From Asterionella formosa (lineage: Eukaryota): a DNA stretch of 64,000 bases. The stretch lies in assembly GCA_002256025.1 (NCBI GenBank), contig NKIB01012257.1:1-64000 (forward strand), written 5' to 3'. The notes under the pieces are model-generated. The model ran no database searches and had not been told where the DNA came from. It worked only from the letters and a program-made list of their open reading frames with translations. Position numbers and translations under genes: made by a program. Shown piece after piece: positions 48,678-61,469 of this stretch. How positions within the stretch are numbered: the stretch's first letter is position 1; each line of letters opens with the position of its first letter.

Positions 48678-50264
48678 TCACTCGGTCATTCCAAGGTCCT
48701 CAATGATTGCTCGGGCCAATTTCTCCCACTCGACCTGCACATCCTCAAGTATAAGGCCTTTAGTGAATGTGTAAACTGTGGGGGGTATCTCTTCCTTGGC
48801 CAAGAGGTCACGCCCACGAGCTGGAAAATCTTTCGCCTCATAGTTTCGCCAACCTTCTTCGCCGAGGGCAACGGTCATCGATTCCCTGAATTTGCAAGGC
48901 GATGCTGTGGCTAGTACAGCAACAGGTCTACCATTGGAATTGATTGGAAAGTATCCCAAGTCTTCGGCAGCTGCCAACGCCACGGCTGTGTGAGGGTCAG
49001 CGATGTATCCAAATTCAGCAGCTACTTTCTTCAACGTTGCACACATCTTGTCATCTGGCACTCTTGCACTTCGGAACTCGGCCTGTAGCTTTGTTAGCCA
49101 CTTGATATTTAGATCTAGTTTTGCGGTTTTGTCAACACATGTCATCCACTCATTCACCAGGACATGATTAGAGTCCGTCAAGTAAAACAGGAGTCGTTCA
49201 AAATTGTACGGCAATTGGATATTGATAGCGTCCGAAAGAGTATGCAACATTTGTTGAGATTTGTGATACTTCCCAGTCTGAAAAGCGCGAAAGACAATAT
49301 CGTTCACGTTTACACCAGCGCACAAAGTTCCTAGCGGTAATCCACACTTTTTGGCAATATAGCCGCCAGCAATGTTTCCCATCGCTCCAGTTGGCAATAC
49401 AATGTCAAGAATGTTCTCTTTGCATGGCTCCTTCCCAAGTTGTTGCATAACTCGTAAATACGTCCACACAAAATGTACGGCTTGCATGAGAGGGCGTCCA
49501 ACATTGTAACTGTTGACTCCGCATATTCGGTGATCGCGGCGTCCATTTTGAGTTGTGCAAATATTCTTGATTGGCTTGTCCATATCGTCTCCGCCACCTT
49601 CAAAGGCCACTACATGAACACACTTACTTTTGACCGTAGTAAGTTGCCGCCTTTGAAATTCACTGATCTGACCCTTGGGATAGTGTACCAATATTGTGAG
49701 GAGAGGATTTCCAAGATCAGAGACCGCTTGCACTGCAGCAGGACCAGTGTCGCCGGTTGTAGAAACGAGGAGAGTGGTCGGGATCTTTCGCAGAGTGCTA
49801 AAGTGTGAAAGCATACCGACTACTGCTCGCATACCAAGGTCTTTGAAACGGCAACCGGCTTGGGGTTAGGAAGAAGAAAATCCCCTGTCGTGTTCTGGCG
49901 AGCAGTTGTTAACCGTACCTTTGAAACAAAATGTAGGACCATGAAAAAGTTCCGCGACATAGACACTGCCAAGTTGGACAATCGGAACAGCGTGATCTCT
50001 GTCTTCGAAACCCTCAAAAGTGGATGCGCAAATCCCAGCAAGAGCAGGATCCGAGAGTTCCTCAGTAGAGATGAAGAGGCGAAGAACGGCAGCAGAGAGT
50101 TCGGGGTATGTTAGGTAAGACCATTCCTTCAGTGCTACTTCGTCGACTACGGGAAGCTTCTCCGGCACAAACAACCCTCCATCCGGAGCATATCCCAAAC
50201 TGAGGGCCTCTTCAAACCTGAAGGAGCGAGATCTTTCACGCGTTGAGGTGTATCTATTCGACAT
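48678..50264 (-). CDS. thrC: Threonine synthase (fungal/proteobacterial long type); exons 50264-49919 and 49840-48678, ~502 aa
   Basis: YTSTR, APDGGLFVP, ELFHGPTFCFK|DLG (PLP lysine), TTGDTGPAA, NSYNVGR, LPTGAMGN, PYNFERLL, DPHTAVA, ATASPCKF. Confidence 0.95.
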
Positions 50265-51714
50265 GTTTTGTCCTTTGCAGTATGATAGCTGCTATATAAT
50301 AATATGCTCAAATTGTTACACAACCATTTATTTACGTTGGAAGATACTGCGCCATGCGAGTGTTCTTGTTTCGAAAAATGGGGAGGCGCGAGCATATCGG
50401 TCTGTCCATACATACCGGTATATGCTTTCTTTGTCAAGATATATTATTAGTACTGAGTAAATCATGGGGAAAATTTCGAACAGCATTGACCACTGCCTGA
50501 TGGTTCTTTTACAACATGTTTTGTTACTATGCAAAAATCAATAATTACTGATAGTTCTCTCATCTGATAGAGTGTCAATCTGTTCCCGTCATATTGTCTC
50601 TGTTGAAATCCACATCAGTCAGAGGAATTTAGCTGCCAGTACTTCTCATAAATTCTGCTGAATCGATGCTATAGTATTTATTTTCCCAGGTTATGTCCTC
50701 CATCAGATTTGAAGTGACAAGGTGCAGCAGAATGCGTGTTTTGTGGATACTGTAGCTCTATGACAGTCACTCACAGTCATCATTTCCTCGTCCCAAATAA
50801 GAATTTGAAGGAAGCTAAGAAAATCACCATTCTGACCTCTGACGTATGTGAGATTTCAATAAACCTATGTAAAAAATTTGCAGATTAGCAATGGAATTTA
50901 ATCTGTTGAAAATTAGATGAACCATCGGGATTATTCAATCATTAGAACATGCGCTACAGTTTTCTACACACCTGTTTCATCAGATTTTCCTACTACAACA
51001 CCAACCAAAATCAAAGATTGAGGATCTAAAGTATGAGCTGTCTCTCATGGTGGAGAGTGAAAATCATGTTGTAAATCCTGAGCTTGTCATTGAGCAGAAG
51101 ATTGATATGATGCTTGAAAGAAAGGTGAAAACTCAACATGATGAGTTCCTGCCTATTCAAGATTTTTCAATGAATAGTGAATCAGCAGATTCTCAAAGGT
51201 GATTTGCTTGCCATGAAGGAACAAAATGAAATGGAGGAGAGTGATGTTGCAATTCTCTGGGAAACTGGCACACAAAAAGGTAAAAACGCTTTATTGGAGT
51301 CTAGCAGTTCCATTGACCTAGCTGGCTGTTTCAACCTCTCATTCACAATCTATTGATGATGATGAATTGATTATAAAAGTTGAACCAAGTAGAGTTTTAA
51401 AATAATTTGATTACATTCAATTATACCTAATTATACTGCTAGTAGTGTCATTTCAATATTTCCGATTTACAACATAAGTATCTTCAATAGATTTAATTTA
51501 ATCAAAACACTATATGTAATTTATGCTATCCTTATTTTGAATTCACAAGTGCTTGATGAAATCATTTTGCAATTGTTAGTGCTCAGCTTTATTCATGTTC
51601 AAATTGTTTTGAAATCTAAAAACCTATGCATGTTGTCATGATTAACATTGTCAACTATAAATCCTTCCTGAATAATTATCAAATAAATATTCATTTGTGT
51701 GCTGCTTCAACGTC

Positions 51715-52180
51715 CCACTCATCTTCTATGAACAAGAAGTTGTGTAGTATGATACATGCTATGATGACATGATTCATAGCAACCAATGATCAAAGCTTAT
51801 TTGGAAGTGCCATGATCTGCCATGATCCTCCTCCTTGCCTGTAGTACACCACCAAATGCTTGCTCTTCATCCTTGCTTTGGGCATTTTGATGCATTGCAA
51901 AATATGCAACTTCTTGTGGATTTCAAATCGTTTTTTACAAAATTCGCCAATCTGGATAGATATCATCAACCAAAGACAATAGTACCCTAGATTGTGTGTT
52001 ACTTGTTTATGATTGTGAAGTTGACGGGATGAAAGTATGGCTCCGCCTGAAAAAATCTTCAAGAATCTTTACAAGCAAGGAAAGACTCATCCGGAAGTGC
52101 ATCCTAAAATGTGCAGGAGCTTCTTAGATCACAATGTCTTCAAAATCATCATTCTTAAATAGCTTGTTGTACTCCATATG
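51715..52180 (-). mobile_element. Decayed PIF/Harbinger DDE transposase (C-terminal half)
   Basis: Across frameshifts: LVDDIYPDWRI, SKDEEQAFGGVLQAR, IIACIILHNFLFIEDE. These match the Harbinger DGIYP.W / KDVERAFGVLQAR / ACIILHNMI.EDE motifs. Confidence 0.85.
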
Positions 52181-53970
52181 GAAATTTTTTAAATTTTGAG
52201 GGTAAATTTTGTGGATTTTTCCACCTTGGAACCTCCTTACCTGCTCTGTCTTTTTCTTTACGATCTAACTTCTTTGTTGACGATGAATTCTCGCACTTAG
52301 ATGCGATCTTAATCTGATGAGTCGCTATTGTTGCTCATAATTCATTTTGTGTATATATATGTACTGCTATCAAATAAATTTTTAAGTACCTGGTACCCTT
52401 TACTAGGGCTCTACTGGTGTGGAGAATGTTGAGTCGCACCAGGGCGTACAGCGCCCTTGAGGAGACCTCTGTAGGGCAAAGTTACATGGGGGCGGAAGGA
52501 AGGCAGGGGAGATTGCAGCGGATAAGATACTGGGTGATTTTGCCTTGGCCATGGTGTTTGCACTGGTGGATTTGTCGGGTTAGGCGGAGTTTGGCAGTGT
52601 GGTACATAGCTAGCCAGGCTATCATGGTGGAGTGATGTAATAAGCTTTGAGATAAGGGAAGACCAAAATAGATGGCTCTGTTCAACTATGGAAACTTTAT
52701 CATTTGTAGAATAGACAGCTGTTACGTCAGAAATTAGTTTTGGAAGGAGTTTTTGGCGAGCCATAGCTAGCAATGGTTGCACCATGGATGAAGTCATTTT
52801 TGTTAACTCTGGGACTCCGGTCCTGATTTACACACCGGTATATTCCTTTGTGCATGTAGTGATATTGTAACTACAATCAGCAACGTAGATTCATTATGAA
52901 CGTGTAAACAAAAGCCATGAGTATACATGTTGGCATACTCCTAACTTATATATGAGTTTTGGCATTGAGCAAAATTATATCTAAATTCAGCAACGTAGAT
53001 AAAGTGTAAACGTTTAAATATCATTTTTTTTAATGGAACTTTATCAATCTGGCGCCGATTCCCATTTAATTCAAATATTCAAATGGACACTCGAATCATG
53101 AGAATTCATAGTGGGAAACTCCCTGTTCCACGCCGTTTTTACAACCCTAGCGATATTTTCTCCGAACTAGGGTTAATTCGGGGCCGCAACCTTAATGTAG
53201 ACATACATGCAGACATCAAAGAATACACTAGTTGTTCTATATGCGACTAGAATATTCGCATTGCGGAAATAATCACAAATTCCTTTGAGTAACGTATTGT
53301 GTATATTGCAACACTTTGGTGCAAATATGATAATCTGTTTTATAGCCCATTCCTATTCCCCTTTTCAAGGCAAGTATTCATTGTGCTGCCTGCCAGCATT
53401 AGGTTTAGTTTATGGCTGTAATTAAGAAAAAGTGAAATTTGACAGAGTAAGGTCAATTGCATAGTGAGAAGGTTATGCAGCAGAATACAAACAGGAAGGA
53501 GTAAGTGACACTTTTACACTGCGCTTCATTCATAGCAGGAAAGTCGAGATGATAATAAGTATCCATGATTGATACACAAATGTTGACAACTGGTAATTTA
53601 GGCTCTGTCCTGTCCTTCATAGAGTCAAACATAGGCAAATCAGGCAGGAATCTTAGTGAAACAATGGCAGGAGAGAAAAACGTTTTACACTCAGGTATTG
53701 TACAGCTGTCAGACTGTGATTCTTGCCAATCACATTTGATACTTAAGCAGGAGAGTTACGACTGCGACTAATGGAATAGCTCCACCACCCTATTTATGTA
53801 AATTCAGTGCTTTTATGAACACAAAACAATGATGGACTGAAAGGCGAAAACGAAATTTAAACAAACTTGGCCATGAATGTACTGGTACTAGATGCAGAGG
53901 TTGACCTCAACTTGATTGTCCTCGTCCCAATACGAGAAAGAAAATTGTTAATATACATGTCATGGTTGCG

Positions 53971-54817
53971 TTAGACAGCGAAAAGAAAATCATCGTCAGT
54001 GTCTTTGGAGCTCGTGACAATGTCGGGCCCATTGAGTGCCACAGAGTCATTGTCGGGAGAATCCATGATGCCTTTAAGCCAAACATTAAGGTCATCTTGA
54101 TTGACAGATTCCACCATGCGACAATCTAACCACGCAACCTCGATTGGGGCCAGCCTTGTGGATTCGAACGAATGTGGCGGTTGCAGCAAATTCAGAGGAT
54201 CTTGATTTACTGAGTCGTCGCTACAGGATCGTTTGGCGTCACGAGGGCGTACATTGCATTCCGACGAGTCAGAGTCAGAGACATAAGACGCTGGCCTTCG
54301 TTTCGGCTTCAAGATACCATGACCGTGCCGCTTAACGAAGTTTCTCCTGATAAGGTAATTAGCAAAAGGTTAGAAGTAGAATGTCATGCATCGCTCAATA
54401 GTCAGAGTGCATCATTAAGCATCAATTCACATACTTGGCGACTGGACAGCGACAGACAGTGCAGTAGCGAAAACGACGTCCACTTGAGGAGCATGTACGG
54501 TGGGAACAGATCAAAATTCCTCCATGAAGGACACTATCCAAAGGAACGTCAATAAAAGCGTTTCGAGGATTATGCAGGTCTGGAACACCCCGGGCCTTGC
54601 AATGATACCGGGCTACGCGACGGTCGGGGGAGCCATCATCGCTCGGCAAAAAGATCTCGAGGCCGTCGACTTGCTTCATTCCTGACTTCTTCGATGACTT
54701 GGTCTCGAAACAATCCTCAACATTCTCATTGATTTCCATGCACAGCATGTCAGCTTCGTGGCCGCTCATAGCGTGTTTCGTTTTTTCAGGAGAGGGCGGA
54801 ATTAACAATGATAGCAT
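53971..54817 (-). CDS. Cys/His-rich putative zinc-binding nuclear protein; exons 54817-54435 and 54346-53971, ~252 aa
   Basis: CKARG…H…HG..LICSH.TC…FRYCTVC.CPVAK|RNFVKRHGH. A GTATGT…TCAG intron restores the frame. Basic KPKRR follows. Confidence 0.8.
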
Positions 54818-56754
54818 TTTGTACACTTTCCATATGGTTGGGTGAAAAGGAATCTGTCTTGGTTCCAAGAAATTCAGCTTGAAACGGAAATAAACAATTT
54901 TAGGAAAAGAAAAAAGTCTAACAATCGCAATAGACTTTGAAGGGGAGATGAGGATCTGATACAAGTTGCAACTCTCAACAAACAAGCAGGATAACAGATG
55001 GACAATTAACTCGGCGGGGATCAATGATAGCCAATTAACTGGTCAGGGTCAATAGGAGTGATCAATATATGTTATAGTCTTTTTATGGGGCGATTCTGTA
55101 AGGAGCTCACTGAAGTGAAAAGATTCGTTTCTGCATGTCGACGTTTCGGTCTTCTGTGCAGTCTGCTACAACACATTTTTCTGCATTTGCTTCTTTTTGA
55201 TAATTCTTCGCCGTAGACAAATATCCCTGATGTCTTCCTCTCGCTTTGTTATCTGCACAGTTGATCGAGGGCAATTAGAAGATTAAAAAAGCAGCATTGA
55301 TGCTTGTTTCAATCTATGAAGGTAAATATTGGACAACACACCCGGGATTCTTATTGGTTCTGGTTCTGCTATTTCAAGGGAAGGAGATTTGTTTGCATTC
55401 TCACTCCTCACTGGGATGCAATTACGGCAACAATTGCAAAAGAGCACCTGGCAACAATTACTCCGCAGTACTCGTACCTGATGGTATGGTACCAGGTACC
55501 AGCAAGTTGCTGTAATTCTGCTAAATGACCGCAACTTACAGATACCTGGTGAGCACCAGGTACCATAGTCTACCAGGAAATGTTGTCTGGTACCTGGTAC
55601 GGGTAACCGTTTAGCGGGTACATACCCATAAGATATCATACGCACCACTTGAACGTTTTATTATCGGGATTTCAATCGAGCACCATTTTCTTACGTACAA
55701 ACAGCCACTATGCAACGGCGGGATCCCATAATACTAGCATACCGGTTGTTTTTAGTATATAATGGAGGATTGCTTTACATATGTGTAGGGGAAGTTTACC
55801 AAATTCTGTTTCCGACAGGATAGAAAGTTCAATGCACATACTGGTACCTGGTACCTGGTACCAGGTACCTGCAAAATCTACCCTATTTTTTTCACTCATC
55901 TCTCATCAGAAGGAAGCCTATTCCTGTCAATCCATATCAATCGCCATTACGGTATACACCTCGTTTCTGGGAGGAGTTGCAGAAAAAGACGTTAATCGCG
56001 ACTTGCTGCTACCTGGTACATCCTATTTTCTTACCCTTCATCTGTCCAATGTACATGTGTGCGGATTGTTACATACTGTCTACATTAAAGTACCACCGGA
56101 ATACCGTTAGTTTTTCTAAACGTTACACACCTACATAGGACATAATTGAGATACCGGTAAGTTTTACGGCGGCCCCGTAGTTGCACATGGCGAGGTCTGC
56201 ATTTTACCAAAATATTAACTTGTGCTCCCTCTGTCCCAGCATTCTTGCAACCTACCATTAGGTCACTGCCGCACATGAAGCGCAACCCTCCAATAATTCT
56301 CCGTCTAGTGGCCCCTCCCATTTAAAAATTATTCAGAGCACAATGGTGTACCGGTAAAAAATACATGTTCTATAAGTACCGGTACCAGGTACCTGGTAGT
56401 CTAGAAATAGGTGAACCTGACTTGGGGTTTTTTCGCGTGTTTTTTGTAAAATTGCGCTCCAATCGGAATGTTATACTTATTAAAGTAAGTGGCACCGAAA
56501 TGTGGGTTGATAAGAATATGTCAATTAAATTTTATAGTACATTAGATCTATCCAATAATCGCACTCATACTGAAAAAGACAAAAACAGTATCATATCAGG
56601 TGTTGGAAACAATCAAATCATCGTGCATTGTATTTTTTTGAACTATTTATATAAGTTAAATTGATGGTAGTATACACATGATGTGCCATGTAAAGAGTGT
56701 CTTTGAACTACACAATTAACTGTTTATATATTTATGCGTTTAAAATTTTATAAA

Positions 56755-58550
56755 GGGCCGTTCTTATCATTCTGTTATTTGTTGTCATTGGTGTATCATC
56801 GCCGAAATATGATACAAAAATGGCGGTTTCGGTTTTTTTGTGTATCACCAACGGTTTTTTTGGTCTGATCACCGGTGTATCATGGGTGTATCACTGATAC
56901 AGTTTTTGGACCCCTGACCAATGCTGTATCACTGATCAAGCCGTTGATCACTGTGTATCACGTCCGTTGCCACTGATAAAATAACTGTAGACATGCCAGC
57001 GCCAACTATATAATCTATTTTGTGGATGGGAAAATCAACATCAGCAACACAGCGAGCGCAACTTGAAAACGCCACTGGTGCAATCGATTGATCTAATGGC
57101 GTCTACAACACAAAGACTAACCTAACACCACTTTTTGCAAGCACTTTTTTCATATAATAGTATTATTGTAGTCGTATTAGCAGTCATAGCTTTAGTCGTT
57201 GCCGTAAAAAATCAATAGTTCTGTTTGCAATCATATAAAATGACGAATGTTCCTCTTCTACATTGTTGATTCGTAATTTCTTATGCAATTTTAAAGATAT
57301 ATCTATATTTCCTTTTCTATTGCATCTTTCGTACAATGATATCTTAGACCGCAAAAGCGCAGCGACTCCTTTGCCATTTTGATGGAGAAATAGCTGATTA
57401 TCGACATGGTCAATGTGTTGACGAGTCTCTCAATACCTGGTACCAGGGGCTAGTAGCATGTACCGCACAGGCTCCGTAAAAAAGGGTCGTTCTTATCATT
57501 TTCGATTTGGTATCATTTTTTTTAAAAAAGTATCATGTAACGGCTACTCGATTTAAACCGAAAAAATTCATTCTCCACAAAAATAAAAATAAAATTGTAT
57601 CACCAAAAAGTATCACGAAAATTCAACGGTTACGGGCTGGCTACAAACATGTGCTTTTCCTTCCTGACTACCAGTACATAATGGTACCAAGCCAGTCCTC
57701 AAACCATGCAAGACATGCGAATTATGTATATGGACTACTATAGTCAATGGTATTTGCACAGGTATTTGTTGTAGTCACGTGATCATTTTCGTATTCTATT
57801 GCCTAGTACCTTGTCATGAATTCCCGGACCAGGTACCTGCAATTAGATAGCGGGTATGTCTCTATGCACATGACTCAATCTGTTCAATTTTCGACTCTGT
57901 GGTAGTCGTTCTTTGGTGTTGTGGCTGAACATTAGCTACCACACACGGCCGCTATAATGATTGTATTGTGCTTCTTTGATGCACACCATAACAATTTTTG
58001 TGTATATTATCTAAATGTCAATAAAAGTACTGCCCTGCAGGCGTATTTTCGGTTATTTTATTAGTGACAACGGAAATGATACCCGCGTGAAAACGTCAGT
58101 ATCAATGATACCGTTTTTGGAGGGGACAAAAAAAGGTACCGGTATCAATTTTGTATCATTGATACAAAATTGATACCATCAAGTTACCGTTGCTGATACC
58201 GTGTTTTGATACCAACCTTCATTTTTTGCCCGCAACCCGGAAATGATACAGCAAATTCGGAATGATAAGAATGACCCTAAGATGATATGATATTTGTTTT
58301 TTATTCCGGTTGTTATTTTTATTTAAGCTACGCATATGCATATTACTGCTCATATATATCTAGATGCTCGTAGCTGCCCTGTCACCGTTGACAATCCTTG
58401 TTACTCCATGATACACTGTGATCACAAATTAGTGATACAGTGACACTTTTGGAATGAATGAAATTCAGTTCAAATCGAGTTACCGTTGCTGATACATTTT
58501 CAAAAAAATTCAAATTCCGTGATACACGAAAAAAATGATAAGAACGGCCC
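56755..58550. mobile_element. Non-autonomous TIR element (outer) with many GTATCA/TGATAC subterminal repeats
   Basis: GGGCCGTTCTTATCATT at 56755 and AATGATAAGAACGGCCC ending at 58550 form a perfect 17-bp TIR. TAAA lies on both flanks. Confidence 0.8.
57484..58277. mobile_element. Related non-autonomous TIR element nested inside the outer one
   Basis: GGGTCGTTCTTATCATT at 57484 and AATGATAAGAATGACCC ending at 58277 (16/17), with the same subterminal hexamers. Confidence 0.75.
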
Positions 58551-60193
58551 TAAATGTATACATGGCTAATACATTTGAAATCATGTCGTGATCAGGTTTC
58601 TTTGCTTTCTTGCATACATTTCCTCAAACGAAAGATCACAGCACATGAAAAAGAAAACTGAAGTGACGCTACAACATCATGATACTCCTTGGATCTTCGA
58701 AGGATTGAATTGAAATGGAAAAGTGAACAATGGCATCTAGCTATGGTACTTTAAGACAAGATTATCAATTGTTGTTTTAACAAAGACTAAATGTCTTCGC
58801 TTTATTCTTAAGGCTCCTGCAATTCAACACTAAAGGTTGTCAAAATTCCCTGGAACTAAGAATTTATATGAGTTATTTTTGAATGACATGATACCATTTG
58901 AAATATTCAAATCAGTGGAAATTTGCGCATACGTGCATAGATTCCTTTTCGAATTCTCTAATTTTATAGACATGTATTGTACATCTGTATGTATATACCG
59001 GTATACAGGCCACTCTATACACCGATCGACGGTTTATGTGTCATACGACCCGGCGGCTCGGCAAATATTTGATGGTGTTGTGTCAAATGCTGATCATCAA
59101 CCGGTACTCGTAGTGGATATGGTACCTCCCCCTGGTACTGGCGTACTGGTGACCACCCAAGAAAATTTTAAATGTGTATATCCAGTGTGGCCGGTGTGGG
59201 TTTGCTAGACCTCGCAAAACGGGCCGATCAAATATCGGTAAATAATTGAGGTTGACCAATCAAAATATTTATAGTGAAGCGGACACTTACAACGGAGTTT
59301 TTGTACAGGAGATTGTAGGACAAAAATTGAATCACAAGTTTTCAATTCCGATGATAAAGTTTCGGCGATTATAGATTCTGATTCCGACATTTTGGAGACC
59401 GTGCGTTGAAAAGGCCAATATTGTCGAATTTTTGAACGACGATAGCTCAACGTTGGCAGGGTTTAAAGAAGAGTTAAGTACAGAGTAGGTAATCTTCATA
59501 TAGCCCCGGAGGTTAACTTCCGGCAAAAGAGCAGAAAGGAATTTCGGTTTTGGCCCGCTTAAATCCACCATTTTCAGCATAGTTGAAAATTCGATCTTCC
59601 TTTCTGCTGTTTCTCACCAAATCCTATTTCCTGACGAAACATAGCGTTGACCTGTACCCCTAATTTGTCAGAAGACTTTATCTAAGCCTAGCTATGGAAA
59701 GGGTTTATATTGGTGAAAGCTCCGTTTAGTGACATACATTTATGTTTTACTCGTAAGAAGTGTGCGTTTGAGTACTCTGACTCAATTTCATTGTTTTAAC
59801 CCTACCTCTAATCTAGGTTTAAATTCAGGAACCTTCAGTGATTCAATAGCTCATTTTTCATTCAGTGGGAAACCACAAATTTGGACAAAAGAAAAATGGT
59901 AAACGCTATCATCGTTAAGAAATATTCAAAAAGAATCATTTTATAGTTCTTAGAACATAACTTATACCACATACATGCGGGTTGCTTCTTTCAGGAAAAT
60001 GGTGAACAAACAGTATTTTTACGCTCTAAACAACAACGTGTTCACGATTTCTTGATGAATATGTTATGCGATATTTGACTCATACATTTTTCTACAGGAA
60101 TCTGCAAAGCTAACATCGATTTGGGGCGGTAAATACCAATCCAATGACTGGAACAATATGCTGTTATATAAGCAAGCCAAGACTAGCAAGTAA

Positions 60194-60407
60194 TTTCTTC
60201 CCGTCTGTTTCTGCAGTGACATCAAACAAACGGATCGTTATTTTACATAAATATGAGAAAAGAGTGTATCTCTTTTTGGTAAGTGAAGAGAGAATAGAAC
60301 TTTCTTCCCATCTGTTTCTGCAGTGACATCAAACAAACGGATCGTTATTTTACATAAATATGCGAAAAGAGTGTATCTCTTTTTGGTAAGTGAAGAGAGA
60401 ATAGAAC
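60194..60407. repeat. Near-perfect 107-bp tandem duplication
   Basis: 60194-60300 and 60301-60407 differ at two positions by eye. Confidence 0.95.
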
Positions 60408-61469
60408 TGCATGTTGTGACATGTGCAAAACATAACTAACAAGAAATTGTTTTGCATTTGATACTATAGTGAAAACAAATTAAACGGATCTACAATTGGA
60501 AATAATGTAGGCTGATTCAGAATCGAAGTACAAGGGAATGGGGAGACGCAGCTAGCAGTAAGAGTATCAGAATTGGGTTAGTAGGGAAGTAGACGAGAAA
60601 GCAAAAAGTGGGACGGGAAAAAAGGGAGAACATGAATTGTGTACATTAACACAAGATTTGAAAGAAAAATACAATTGTGTCTTAATATAGTGGCTAAATT
60701 TTAATCCGATTCTACTTTTTTTGAATGATTTCATCACCGGTATAAGTATGATGGTTTTAATGTAGGTATATGATGAACGAATACACAACTAGGTTGGTAT
60801 TACGATAAATCGATGATGTTTTTGTAGAAACAATCTGTATTCAATGATCATAAAAAATGAGATTAAAATTCAAGAAAGAATGATCAATTTATCATATTTA
60901 TAACATGAAGCTGTACAATCACCACGTGGCATTAAATTCTGTGCCACTTACTAGCTTACTTGTGGTACCTTATGAATTTGATAGTTTCTATGTGCAGACG
61001 TTTCATGTTGCTCATGGGAGCAATAGGAAAAGTGGTGATTTGCAAAGAAGGTTTTATTTAGGCGCACAACAAAATAATCAGCATTTTCAAATCTTAATAA
61101 CTGGAAAGAATATTCTTTGCCATTGTGGAGTTTAGCTAACCAGAGGAGATTTCCGGTTCTGTGAAGGTTTACGATCAGCTTCACATTCCTGCCCTTTAGC
61201 TAAGTGCATTGATACTGAGTGATCTGCAACTAAAGTGACTCATTTCAACGTAATTGGGGAGTGGCAATTCTAGATCAACATTTCGATCAGTGGACATAAG
61301 AGACACGAGGAGTGTTCCCATGCATCCAACTTTATCAGCATTACCAAGTCATGAGGTCTGGCAGAGTGCATTGGAACTAAAAATATTGTAGAGTTGATAA
61401 GTACTCATGCAAGTTTCATTTACGTTTGCCCTTTATCATCATGCATGAAGGACTATCAAGGTGACATAC

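Noticed and set aside
52411..52797. 128-aa minus-strand ORF
   Set aside because: No motif or splice support; left unannotated.
56780..58530. CRISPR-like array suggested by recurring GTATCA/TGATAC
   Set aside because: The repeats are 6-mers with irregular spacing inside TIR elements, and there are no cas genes in this eukaryotic context.
59205..59650. CpG-rich segment with small palindromes, possible MITE end
   Set aside because: No matching inverted terminus or TSD was found in the window.
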